A stretch of 51,036 nucleotides of DNA, the filler included, from Dimargaris cristalligena (lineage: Eukaryota), in assembly GCA_003614675.1 (NCBI GenBank). It is 2 parts of 2 records of this genome, joined end to end, with 100 filler letters (N's around TTAATTAATTAA, not from the genome) between each part and the next. Parts side by side here need not be neighbours in the genome. Positions count along the whole stretch, not along the records: positions 25,569 to 51,036 come from ML002563.1; 1 more part is not named here. One strand, given 5' to 3'. This document shows, piece after piece, positions 30,843-44,122 of this stretch. A program made the translations under genes and the position numbers. Numbering within the stretch: position 1 is the first letter of the stretch; each line of letters starts with the position of its first letter. The notes beneath the pieces are model-generated. The model made no database searches, was not told the DNA's origin, and saw only the letters and a program-made list of their open reading frames with translations.

Positions 30843-33800
30843 TTAAGTACCGCTGCCATCGGTTACGCCCGAAGCGGCCCAGAGTCGACTGTAAATACCC
30901 TCTTTATCGGCGTATAGGGTGGTATGCGTGCCCACTTGGGCCACCTGTCCCTTGTCAATAACCACGATTTGGTCGGCCTGTTTCACCGTGGACAGCCGGT
31001 GGGCGATGATAACCGTGGTAGTGACGGTGCCACAGTGTTTGCGGATACTCTCCATCACCCGTTCTTCGGTGGCCGAATCTAACGCCGATGTGGCCTCGTC
31101 CAAGACCAGCAACGGTTTGGGTTTAAGGAGGGCCCGGGAAATGGCGATACGGTGCTGTTCACCGCCGCTGAATGTGGAACGAAGGCCACTGCCTACATTG
31201 GCCTCAAACCCTGCGGATATGCGTATTGAAGGGAGGGGGGGTGGAGCAGTGTGAATTAATACCAATGAAAATAGAGCACACGTTAGATGGAAATTGTAGA
31301 GATGGTGTGGGCAAGTATCAACTGTAAATTTTGGCCAACGCTTAGCTACCCAAAGCACTAGAGTGTTGCAAAGTAACGGGGGTGTTTTGGCGAGAGGAGG
31401 ATGGATGGGCAATAGTGAAGGTAGAGTGGAAGCGGGTACAAGTCAAACCTATTGGTATCTCTCATCACTAGCTTAGGCGATATTAGTGAACCAGAGAACG
31501 ATCCTGGTGTTCACTATATTATATAGAGGCCTACAGGACATATCTAGGTTCGACACCAACTTTAAACAGCCAAGCCTTTGGCCGATAACCGTGTAGATAA
31601 ACCCCCCCTCCCCACCACCAAAAAAAAACACTACAATACAAGCCAATACCTACCTTCGGGTTTCTCCTTGATAGCATCGTAGATATGCCCTAATTTAGCC
31701 GCTTCCTCTACGAGTTCCTGGCCGGCCAACTTGCCGGTCGAAGCCGTTGCGTAGCCCAGATTATGAGCCACCGATTTCGACTCAAAGAATTGCGGGGTCT
31801 GTTCCACGTAATTCACATTGGACCGCAGGGCGTTGTGGGTCACGTTGCAAAGATCGTGGCCATTGAGGGTTACCCGGCCCGTGGTGACCCCTTCCAACCG
31901 CAACAAGAGTTTGGCGATGGTGGATTTGCCCGATCCCGTGAGGCCCACAATGGCGGTGACTTGGTTGGCCGGAATCGTAAAAGAAAGACCCCGTAAAATC
32001 GGCACCCCTTGGCGGGTCCAGTGGACGTCCTCAAAGGCCATGGTCCAACCACCGGCGTCCACGGGGGGCGTATAAGCCAGGTGCGCCGGGGGATCGGGTA
32101 GTTCGGGGGTCTGTTCAATGAAATCCAGCTCCTTGAGCGACTCAAAAGGTGGGGCAAAATCCCGGCAAATGAGATTAATAAAGGCGGCCACGCCCCCCCG
32201 TAATTCATACCGGTAGTCCATCACCAAAAGGCACATGGGAATATCCATGATGCCCTGTTGCACCCGGAGCACACACATGATAATCCAAATCACCTTAATA
32301 TACACATCGCACAATTGGGTCAGTCGCTGCAGCCAAAGTTTGCCCATATCGTATCGTTCGTAGGTCGGTTGGGCCCGTTCACTATCCTTGGTGATCTGTT
32401 CCAGTTCGTATTCGCAGCTGTTGAGGAGTTTGTAAAAGGGAATGAGATCCACTCTAGTCTGGAGACGCTCCACCCGGGCGATATCGACGTCGGGGGCCGC
32501 CCTCTGGGGCACCTCACTGATTAAACCCGAATATTCTTTATACGAAGCATACACCACCATGACCAGCCCCATCAGGAGGATCGAAGTAAAATCCAAGTTA
32601 CCCCGCAGTACGGCCAAAACGGCCAAAAAGGAGAGACTACTATGGCCGATTATGCGCAAGGGGATGATAGCCGACCCTGCCTTCAAATGATGCCAGTGGG
32701 GCCGGATGGAACTGGAAGGCTGGGTTGATTGGGCATTGAAGTACATGGTCCATTTGTAGGCAAACTGCTGGCGTGTCATGCCGGATTTGTTGGTAGCCCG
32801 TTTAGCCAGTCGGGTAAGGAGGGGCCGAATCACGTAGCCGCAGAACTTGGCCATGACAAAGGACTGCACGACCATCCACCAGCCGCCGAGGAACAGATTG
32901 TCCAGGTGGGTTTGGAGGGTACTGTCCAGGTATCGCTCGTACTGCCGGACCGTGGTGGAACACAGCTGGAGCCCTGATTCGGCCAAATCAACGGCCCCCG
33001 TCCACAGGTCGGGGTAAAGAAAGCGGGTGATGCGGAGGTAGCCCTCCAAGTCAACGAGCGGAATCCAACTTTCCCGCACCGGAACGTAGGGCGATGCGAA
33101 GGTCGTGGACCGAAGCGGGTCGAAATAGGCAATTTTGCTGTTTACCCCCCAGTCAGAGTCGCCGAACCGTGATCTACCCCCCGTGGATAACACCTTGAGC
33201 AGGGCAAACGTGTTGGAGAAATTGGGGTTATGCCAAATAAAGCCCACCACCCTCTCTTCGGATTCTTTCTCGCTCTGAAGCGCCACCTCCCCGGCTTTAA
33301 TAGCCGGGGCCGCGGCCGCCAACGAAACGGGCACGGGAAACAGGGGGACTTGTCGGAACTGGTCTGTTAGGAGGCGGAGATTGGTCTGTGCCAGAAGATA
33401 CGCGAGTCCCTTGGGCAGATGGTGTATGGTCCACTGGGCCAGCCAAGGACTATACATTGGTAAAAGGAAGTATTGGTAATACATGACGATCAGGCCGCTG
33501 GCCACCAGCTGCATCACGGTCGAGAACACAACGAGCCCCAGAGTTAGGTACACGGTCGCGGAAGAGGAGGGGTCCGGGGTAGCTTTGAGGGTGGTGGGCA
33601 GGGCCATTTGGGCGGAGTCTACCAATAAAGCGGTACCATGGCAGACCAGGTCCACCACGGCCACGGCCGCCAGTTGAAAAAAGAGACGACCAACGTGTTG
33701 GGCCCGTTGGTCCAAATGGTAAAGCCACGGCCGGGCATCGGTGGGACTGACGGGTGGTCGAACGGTATAACGAACGATACTGAAGGCCAGCCAGGCTAGA

Positions 33801-34313
33801 CCCCGGATCGCGAAACACAAGACCCAGGTGAGCTCAAGCTGCGCGGGGCTGGGAATTTGGCGCCGCAGTATTTCCAGCAAACTGGCGAGGGCTAGGTTAC
33901 TGGCAATCGTAAAACCCGCCAGATTTCGGAATTGGGACTCGAGGACGACGTTGATACGCACCTGCACCTCTGGTTCCGGGATAGGGTCCCGGCAGTCTGC
34001 GAGGGTTGACCAAGGTTTGCGGAAAGTGCAAGTGAGTAAATAATATAGGGCGGTTTTCAGGGCTATAATTTAATAAGGTGCCTACGAAACTCCAATGCCG
34101 GATATCAAGGAAGGGGGGGGAGATTTGGGTGTTAAGTAATCACAGGCGATTAGGCGGCTCACTTTTAAACGGCTCGGGGTAGGGCAGGGTATGGCTGTAC
34201 GCTGTAGACCGCTGGTGGTAGACGAAGCGGGCCAAGGCTAAGACGGTGGCAGCAGTGACAAGCCAGGGCCCCGCCATAATAATATCAGGCAGGAGGCCAC
34301 CGTAGGAGGCCAT
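30843..34313 (-). CDS. ABCB-type half transporter, HMT1/ABCB6-like with divergent TMD; exons ~34313-34163, 33996-31654, 31211-30843
   Basis: Walker A GLTGSGKS, Q-loop YVEQ, signature FSGGE, Walker B LLVLDEATSALD, IIAHRLST. Hydrophobic N-terminal extension; two phase-1 introns restore frame. Confidence 0.82.
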
Positions 34314-36379
34314 CTTGGTACCAAGCGAGAGTGCAGTAATTAAGGGTAAACCACTGGGAAGGGGGTAAATAATCAAGCGATGGAATATAATGGTAATGTA
34401 GTTGGGTGGAAACACTTGAAATGGACAGGGCCTACCACTGGCTCTTTTTAAAGGGCTGGCCAAAGCTGGATGTGAACGATAGGAATCCAGCCTTCACTGA
34501 TGAAACCGTTTTCCGCACCATAGCGGTTCCCTTACACGATTCACACATGTAATCTTTAGAACAATAGTAAACTCAAAAAATGAAGGCCCGCCTAAAACAC
34601 CCTCGGGTCTGTGGGAACAGTCCAGGTGACACCAACACCCCAAGTAGGCCATTCCGTCCCCGCAGTGCTGCAAAAATGGCGATGCCACCTCCTAAGTGAT
34701 AGGAAAGACCAGTCCAACCATGTTTAGACTGCCTGTTATTTCTCCGCAGCGTACAGCTGTTCCGCATCATAGGCGGTATAGCCAACTCTCTTCCTCTCCC
34801 ACGCCTATTCATCTGTTTATATTAAGGTATCGGTGGACATCAGGATAGAGTGTATTCGGTACAGATTGCCGAATTGAGGAGGCAGGGGAACGGGAGTGGG
34901 AAATAGGCGAATATGGGCCTTATCGGGTCAGCGCAGTAGAGTGGTCCAGCAATCCGTATCCACACTATCTGGCCTTAGTTATTTATATACGCCACAAAGG
35001 AAGACCCTCGCCATGGCCATGGTGGATTGTCCAATCTATTTTAGGGCACCAGCGAGCCGGGCCCCAGTGGCATACTGGTTAATCCCTCTCCCCTCCTCCC
35101 CGATAGTGCAGGCCAGTAGGGGGTGGGTGGATTTATTTACAGCGTAGGGAGGGGGCCTTTACCTAACTGCATGATTGCATATCCATGCTATTCCTCCGGT
35201 TACGTGTATTCCCTGCTTATCTCTCAGGCATCATAGGCTGGTGCTTAAGCGTGAGTATCCGGAAGAGTTTCAAATGGGTCGGCTCGACCCCGCCTGTGGT
35301 GTTTTAGCAAGCGTGGTGTATTTTTTACTGATGGGACAGCGCGACCTATTGGTATTATGTCTACACGCCAGTTAACCGCGCGGATACCTGGATGTATCTG
35401 CACTGTGAAAACAGTGAGATCCTCCCAGCTAATCCACGATTCTACGTTAGTGTCCGGCGGTGTGGTAAACCATTCCCTTATTATGTTGCCCATACTTCCT
35501 ATACCGCCGCGGGTCTCGCCCATGGGCTCAAGTGGCCGCACTAAGCCATTCGAAGAGTATCGTACAGGAACTTTCGACCACTCAGTAACATTCCCCAATT
35601 TTCTTGGGTCTACTACGTTCAACTGTACCCCCCCCTCTCCATACTACTAGAGAGCAGGTATTCGATTAATAATATTCAAATTTAACCGCAGGGCTGGCTC
35701 ACATATTACAAACCCACCGCCCAAGATCTCCGTGCCTCAAGCCAGGTTAGCCGAGTTAATTTCCTGGACCTTCAGTGACCAACTAGCCACCGCTACTCCT
35801 AAAGGCCAATGGGCCAATCACGTCTATATAAATCTTCCGCTTAGGCACCGCTCCCCAGTCACCCAACTAAAACCACCAAGGCTCGGGACCCTGCGGCTGC
35901 AGACTATACTGGGCCCTGGTCTTGCCATTATCAAAGGACTCGACAATGAAGGTCCCTGACCACATAACCCTTAAAAAAAGGGTGCCCTAACCTAAAATTG
36001 GACCGGTAGTCTTTATTGGTACCTCCCCTCTCCCTCTCTCGTATTCCTTGCCTTGGCACTACGCTCCAAACCACTGCCCGCTTCGGTCAACTTACTCAAA
36101 TGGAAGGGGCGGCCTTCATCGTCGCTCCCTAGGCCATGCGTGAATCTCGCCCTCTATAAGATAGGACCCTTCGCCACCTCCTTGACCTTACTCTATACCA
36201 TTTCATTCATTGGGGCATTTTTCCAACCGACGAGCCCTATTTTTGATTTTAGCGAACACCCTCGGCATATTTATATTCTCCTATTACATTCTTCTCAAAT
36301 ACACGGTTGGAAATCGTGCTATTATCTGCCCCCCTCCCTGTTCCCCTCTACCTACCATTTCCTTTTTCCCCTCCATAAA

Positions 36380-37079
36380 ATGACTTCTACCAACTCCGCC
36401 GACGCGTCTGCTATCCGCAACCCTCCTCCCACCCCATCAGGCCTATCGATTGTAGACCACAGCGTGCATCTATCCGCTGTTAAGCTGGAGTGCACTGAGC
36501 AAAGGTATGTCCATTGTAAATTACTTCTTCAACCGACACTGTCCAATTCCCTTCTCCGAACTGTATCTATGGAAGGCGTTACCCGGCTATCCGCAATGCT
36601 AGTGCGTCTATAGCTCTTCGGCTCGGCATACTACAGGACCAAGCCTCATTACCACATCCACCCATTAAATCTACTAACCGGCTTTTGACCATACTCTCCC
36701 GCTGGTTACGCCCTACTATACCACTTGTTTACTTTTACTCTCATCTAGTTCAACCGAGGAAACGGCCATAGACACTGCTTCTCTCACGTTAGCTACCAAC
36801 TGCCAACTTTCTCTGGCTCCCCCGCCCTCATATACGGCAGTAGAGGTCCTGTCCGAGTCCACCGGGGATCGAAAGCTTATTCTCGAGCTCGAATCCTCCG
36901 CTTTCGTGGGCGTCAAACAAGGGGAACTGGGATACACAGTCATCCCCCATATTGGCTTGGTAGCATCACCTCCGTATGATGATGTTCGCGTGCTGGGCCT
37001 CAACGATAGCCAGTGGGACATAGTGATTATGGTTTTGCTGTCCATTAATGCCGTGTTGCTTTACTTGAAGTACACGTAG
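36380..37079 (+). CDS. orphan 151-aa tail-anchored protein; exons 36380-36504 and 36749-37079
   Basis: taaaATG; GTATGT donor, TACTAAC branch point, polypyrimidine..TAG. Exon 2 is open for 110 codons, ending WDIVIMVLLSINAVLLYLKYT*. Missed by the ORF track. Confidence 0.7.
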
Positions 37080-37897
37080 TTAGGCCAATGCCAATTTAAC
37101 GAATAGGAGAGCCTTATAGTCTTTCTAAAATGCCACAAAATTATTTTGAATGCCTCAATTATTTCATATGGATAGGGTAGAACCCACCATTTCAAATCGG
37201 CGCACCCGAGATATATTTCTAAGCTGAACCGAATTCTCCGTAACTTGTTATCTACTCAACCATAGTCAAAAATTATTTACTTATACTGTAGTCATATATT
37301 CACTCATTACTTTTCATGCACAATGTTCCCGGTCAATTTGTTGGAAATAAGCAGCTATGTTTTTATACAAACGCTGTACCACCACCATTCGACGTCAATC
37401 TTAAGCCAGCTTCTCGTAAGCGCCCTTTTCACCTAATCCGTGTACAACAATAAAAGGATTATACGACCATCTACGAGGGATATTCGCCTATTTAATGGCT
37501 GGTGTTTGAAATCGGTTTGAGTAGTTTAAGAGGCTCAACTTGGTATTCGACCAATTCAAAGAAAGGAAATATTGCCACAATTGAGTGAAAATTAGTAAAA
37601 AGTAGCCAACACCACTCTTGCGGAAGTCAACACTCGCAGAGGTCCGCTCCCAATACGTACAGTTCCACTACACCACTTTCCAAATTCAAGAAATACCTTC
37701 TAATTGCAGAAGTGTTTTGCTTGAAGCAGTCTTAACTTAACATTGAAGAAAGCACCTCTCTCCTCAACTATTACATTATTTCATTTTATTTTCCCCATTT
37801 TGCTCAATTACTCTTCAGACTACTCCCCTAGTCGAACAGCTTCCGTTCTCACCCCATATTCTGTACCTTAGACACTACCAAAGAAACGATTCCCGCC

Positions 37898-38474
37898 ATG
37901 TCGACCATAATACCCCAGGAGAAAAAGAACATGCGGGCCTGTCTGCTCTGCTCGCTCATCAAGGTAGGTTACCAGGTCGTTCGCGTAATACCCACATCCC
38001 GTTTTTGGCTAACTAAGCTCTTCCCGTTGCCCCCATTTTTCGAAATGAACCGCCAACCCTATACTGATGTTGTTGTTGTTTTTTTGCCAATCGACTATCC
38101 TTCGGCTTGGGTGTCGTCGACCCCCCGCCGTCTCCACCTATGTTCTTAAATACCCCATATTCCCCCCACGGTATCCCGCCGCACCATAGAATCAAAGCCA
38201 ATTCGTGAAGAACGGCTGCGAAAACTGTGAAGACATTCTTCGACTCCGCGGTAATACCGAACGCGTTTTGGAATGCACGAGTGCGAACTTCAACGGCTTC
38301 GTGGCCCTCATGCGGCCCGAACAGAGCTGGCTCGGGCGGTGGCAGCGGATTGAAAAGTATTCCAAGGGTCTTTACGCGGCCCAAGTCACTGGGCGGATTC
38401 CAGAAGATGTGGAAATGGCACTCGAGCAGCGCGGTATTACCTACCGGCCCCGTGACGGAACCGTCAAGGACTAG
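37898..38474 (+). CDS. SPT4: transcription elongation factor Spt4; exons 37898-37963 and 38190-38474
   Basis: RACLLCSLIK|NQSQFVKNGCENC..ECTSANFNG..PEQSWLGRWQRI..GLYAAQVTGRIP..YRPRDG. Confidence 0.96.
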
Positions 38475-38515
38475 GCCATTTTTTCCACCTGGACGCCCTT
38501 TACCCTATTTCCTTT

Positions 38516-38539
38516 TATATATATATATATATATATATA
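38516..38539. repeat. (TA)n microsatellite in the SPT4 3' region
   Basis: About 12 TA units. Confidence 0.85.
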
Positions 38540-41500
38540 ATGATTCCCCCCCTTGTCTCCGGTCCACCTCTTCTATTCGTGTATGTAGTGAGTGTTTAAA
38601 ACAATTTGGATACGCGCGGTAGCAGTCGTCGGTCTATCATTCGGATAATCTCATTATTCCTACTGGCCTTCTACCCAAATCCAGTGACGGGCTATAGTCA
38701 CGATTTTCTGATTCTGTAATAAAGTGGTCCTACCCTATCCCTGATCTTCTCATTATGCCGGGATATAATCAAATCTTTTCCTCACGAGTATTTACTTGTC
38801 AACTCGTGATGTAAGTCCAACACGCGATTTATGAGGCGCATCTTAAATGATTAGCCATTCGAAGGCCACTTACATGTAGTGACAAGAAATCTCCCCTCAA
38901 AATAGTTTGCGGATGATAAATTTCAAAGGGGTCGGATGTAACCGATAGGCAGTCCAAATGTTTCCCCAACCTATGCTTTGGCTACTTTGTCGGACAATCC
39001 CAAGTTCAATTGGACTTAATAGACAATGTATCTGTCAGTTATTGACGAACAACCAAAGGCCTATCAATGCATTTAGCAAGCTGTCAGATGAAGTAGAGTT
39101 TTATTTAAAGAGAATCTAAGGCAGGCGACCTTTTGGTCATAATTTGCCATCCACAGGGAACATAATAATGGATAATTTGGCCAAAAACCTTAGCAAGCTG
39201 TCAAGAGCGTCCATTCGCAATGGCCACAATAACCAATTACAATTCTAATTAGCAAGATTCGTGCGTTTGTTGGCGTTTTATTGTATATAGCACCCCCAAA
39301 AAACCAAATTGGGGGTGGTAATTGGCAAAGTATTCAGATCCTTTAATCAGAAAACGACCACCCTCTTTAGCGGTTCGTTCTATTGTTGGAGGCGGCCATT
39401 ACTATTCACCTGGGTGGAATTCAGTGCAGCTGTATAAGGTTTTGGATGACACACGTATGGGAAGATATATGAGAGACCCATTATTAACTAGTGGCGTTTG
39501 CCTCATCCAACGGATTTATCGTTTTACAGCCTGGTTAAACCTTTCCCACCTGTTAAGCCATGGTGCCAACATGGTTCATTAGATAGCCCAGCTGACTTAT
39601 CCACTACCCTTGCGAACAGACATCTATTGGAAAGGGTATAGCTTCTTCATTTGGGAATTCCGAACCGGCCTCTATTATATATTTGGCATAGTCTATTTTT
39701 AGTGCCTTAATTATTCGAAAGCATAGTACGCTATTTTTGCTAGGTATTTACATTTCTGGAATGCGGCCCTTGTAAATTGCCAAGACGCTGCAATCCAGGG
39801 GCTTCGTGGGCCCATACCCCATGTCTATCGTTATACCGAGTGGATCTAATGCGGCCCTAAATACCCCCTAGTCGACCTTCGGTAACAAACGGGGCAAGCG
39901 GTAATCAACTAGTAAAAGATTGGCTTTATATTATATAGAAAGCCCGCCGACTGTTTTAGGTCAACCTATTTTACCCAAGTTGCTAAGGTGTTGGACTTAC
40001 CCCTCCCCCTCTCCCCTCTCCCCCCATCCCCATTTTTTTTTTGGTCGCCAATGAATTGTCGCCCTCAACGTTTTGCCGGTCGATTCCACATTACAGTCCG
40101 ATTGGCCATACCATTAGCGAGATCTCTGTAGAAGAGGGTAGCTAATCCGATATGATATCGATTGCCCATCTAAAGGTGTACGGCCGATATTCTCTCGTGG
40201 ACATCTGGGAAAGAGGCGGTTTCGTTCGAATTCGTGGAAATAATAAAAAACCACCCGATTCCTAACCCGATGATCGTGGCTGATCCAGAGGAAAATCTCG
40301 CCGCGTTTGCTTGCTTGCTCGGTCGGTCGCCCAATTGGGATTTAACCTCACTTATTTGAATCCGCGTCACTCTAGTCGACCCTAACCGAATACCATTTTT
40401 TCTCCACCGGATTAAAACATAAAGTGCATTTGCCTTTCCAAGGTTTGGTGGAGTTCGGCAAACCGTCGCTAACTATAATGATCGGACTGGATAAGTTTTA
40501 TAGATTGGGGATAGCATTGAAAAATGTAAACCCCTCGGTATTTTACTTGGTGGCAAAATATCGGTGTAGGGGAGGATTGCTTCCCCGTCCCTAGCATTTT
40601 AATGAAACACTGTGGCCGAGTCTAGGATGATAGTCCCTGATCTCCCACAATAGAGGCTTTGTAGTATTGCCCATGCGCCAGAAGAGCAGTGGGTTCACAC
40701 TTGGCCCTTGTAAAGGATTGCCCAGTATTTGGGTTTCCCCTACTCTTAAAACAGCCCAGGATTGTCGGCTCGGTGTGATTTGGACTTATTTTAGGGCACC
40801 GGAGGAGGAGGAGGACGAAAGGGAGGGGGATACAACCCCCATTCTCTCGGCCCACCAGATGTACAGCTTATTGGAAGCAAATCCGTGGCTTCTTTCGGTC
40901 GATTGTAGACAAATTAAATTGAGTTGATAGGAATTGGTATATGGAGGGCATGGAGAATAATCGGGGGTGGTGAGGATAACTGCATCATACCCGGACTTTT
41001 CGGTTCTATGTATTGAAGCAATGTGAAAATATATTAGGTATCTGTAAATAAAATGATTGACGCAGCCTTTTAAATGCAACCCGCACCGAAATAGCAACCT
41101 CAGTGGCTTGGCCCAGTTGTTGGGCCGAAGGAAGGTTGGCCGAGCTGGGGCCGGACAGGGCTGATCCAATCCAATAAACCCGGAGAACAGCGCGACCAGG
41201 AGGCATATGGCGGGAATCGGCTAGCGGTAATTAGCTGAACTATACAATACAAATTTATTTTTTCTTGGTATTGAGCAACTACAGTACGGGAGGTCTGGGG
41301 CGGTAATGCATGCGATCCCGTTGGCTGTATTGGCCCAACTTGGGTATACAATTTCTTCCAAGTAGAGTTCCGCTTCAGTGTACGTATCGGTGATGGGCCT
41401 GACTGGCCTACCATGAGGTAAGCGGCCGATGGCCGGGGTAGATGCATGATTTTAGGGCGTGTCCAGCGGCTAAAGTGGCTTGAAACTGCCGTCGCACTAT

Positions 41501-44122
41501 GGCGAGCCGACATCTGAGTAAGGCAAGGTCGACACCATATCTAAAAATAATGGTAGACGCACTACCTTTTCATTTACATGAAGTGGATCCGGGCCGACTG
41601 CAGGACATGCTTCACTTTGGCCCATACGTAGTAGGTCTAGAAGAATGTAAAGGGGGGGGGATACAGCTTTAATTTGGAGCAGAATACTTTACAGTGCCCC
41701 CCCTAGGAAGGACCAATCAGTGCACATTGTACTGGCCCCGTCCTTTGTTGGAACGGCCATCCTAGGACCAGTTGGTCTGACCACATCGTGCAATTTAGCC
41801 ATTAATGGGATCCCTCCATCGGATCAGATACTTTTCTTGGCATCGCTGGGTTTAGCGGATCCTGTCGAAATAACTCAGGCGCAACCCCCTACTGGAACCA
41901 ATAACTGAAATGCAGATATATAGAGAAGAACTATAGCGATATGATCCCAGTTTCTTATCCCAGAGTATTCGTCCCCGAGCATTACATGGGATGCTGCACT
42001 TGGCCTCGGATATGACTTGCTACATGCCCTGCCGTGGGTTTCACCCCACATTTACAGAAAAAAGGGGGTTCATGGCAGGACGTAGCCAATCGTATTGCAA
42101 TCAAACTATGCAATTATTAAAGTAAGTGTCGGCTGTAACCTCTCCATATACCCCCACCCCAAAAGCCCTGCAAACCATTATTCATGCCGGAGACCTACGG
42201 TATCATGCCCGGCCACCGTCCCGACATATCTATCAATTAATAAACTGAGATGCATTGCATCCGTTGCATTATCCACGTCGTCGGCCCTCATTAGTGCTCT
42301 AGGGCAGCTCATACGCGGGTCCGTCTTCTACCCTTAGATCCGACCCCATTCCCTTTCCACTTATTTCCCTTCCCACCAATCTACCATCCGCCCCTTTGTG
42401 CCTATCTGGCTTCAAACGCTCACAGAGCGGTATGCTGCCAATCCACTGTACTAGTAAGTGTTGAGTATCCGTGGATCATATGGGACGATGGGGATGGTCA
42501 TAAGAGAATGACTATATTAAAAAAACGAAATCAATATTGTTAGTTAAGCCATCCTCGAAGAAGTACTAATTATTTAGGCAACCACTCGCACCTTTCCAAT
42601 TTCCGAAAAAGGTGCTAGTTGGCACTTAATAAACCATTCTAATTTTTTCGGTCGATTAAGGAATGTAGGGGGGCGACTGGCTGGCGATGTAGGGATCCAG
42701 CAGTCAAGGCAGGCTGCCTGAAATAATAAAAGGTACGGCTAACCAGTGCAATATTTCCTTTCCGGGCTGTCTTTACGTTAAATTAACTGTTTGTCTTGTC
42801 GAGGAACCCCACTTGACCTTTACCATTTGCTATGACGCGGCTAAGGGGGCTGTAAACCCATAGGGTACTATTCCCTACCCTACCAAGTCCTGGGGTCATG
42901 TAGGCCTGTTATTGATTATTTTTTTTGCTAAATTAGAACGCCAGACCTATTAGGGATGGGAAACCATTCAATTTAATAATAATATATTTACCTCGAGACG
43001 ACAATAAAAAATAATATATCGAGCGGAGGGGGGAGGGAGGAAACTCCTTAATTCTAATTTTACCATTGCCCTGGGCTAAACGGCGAGACTGAGTCCAGAG
43101 TGAAATGGCCCCCATGGCAATTTGGGTCGAACCACTGGACTTTGCCCCGCCAGCCTTGGACGATCGTAATTTCGAGCGGTGGCAGTATATTCGGTGGTGG
43201 TGGATGCATACGGCAAGGATCGGCCTCCTATAGTTTCCATTTTGGTCATCGACGTAGCACCTTCTAATTTTGGGAGGGTGTTTAGGAGTGACATGGGCCA
43301 CCACCACCTATTCATTGCGTTTCTGACGACAAGCTAGGAGAAAGAGGGGGATGTGCGGATTCGGCGGGGAAGAGGGGGGTATAGCCACTTCCTTGACCCA
43401 GATTGCATTATTGGGGTGCATGGCCCCCAAAGACCCCCCCCCCCTCTTTATTAAGTAGATGGAGGGGGGGGTGTGCGGAGGAGATTGGTAGGGAAAAATA
43501 CGGTAAATATATTGGTGCAGGATTGCTCCCTTGGGGATGGACAGTGTTTCTCTGGCATTGATAGTCACCCCAATTAAGCCAGTCCGTAGAATATGTACGA
43601 TCCCCGGTGAGGTGGCGGAGCTGATGGACCACTATTAGCCATGCCTAGGTTCGAATGTATGGGAGAGAGGGACATTGTGGTGAGGATTCGCCATGGCGGG
43701 GGGAGAGAGAGAACAAGAGAGAGTGGGAGCGGGAGCGGGGTATTTGGGGGCTGTGTAGGGCCCATTGCTAAAGTATATAAGTCTTCTCGTCAGCCGCCCC
43801 CCTTGGTCAGAATACACCATTATTTTCCTCATTCACACCGACCGGCCTGGATCATTCCGCCTGTTCATTCTATTTCCTCAGACCAGTTACACCTCTATCA
43901 TCCTATTCAAACATTTTTGGTTTTCCTAAGCCAACCCTATGTGGAACTCTATTTAATAACCCCACTCCCCTTCAAATGTTAACCTTCTAATTTTGCCTTG
44001 GTTGCCCTACAATCCTATTCTCCTACTATTCAGTTCCATCATTGCCGTTCGAGTCATTACATACTGTTTATTCAACACACATCCTGCCCGCACGCATCCG
44101 CGCACCTTTAGTTTCATTTACC

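Noticed and set aside
31483..31515. Hairpin TAGTGAAC..GTTCACTA in the ABC-transporter intron (possible snoRNA)
   Set aside because: No convincing C/D or H/ACA boxes; an 8-bp stem is expected by chance.
35245..35622. Protein-like 125-aa minus-strand ORF
   Set aside because: Starts at TTG with an in-frame stop shortly upstream; no recognisable family or exon partner.
37106..37239. Possible fourth, diverged MITE copy
   Set aside because: Only one end resembles the TIR and the core does not align.
43600..43670. tRNA-like A box (TGGCGGAGCTG) and B box (GGTTCGAAT)
   Set aside because: No T-stem, anticodon arm or acceptor pairing, and the spacing is too short.
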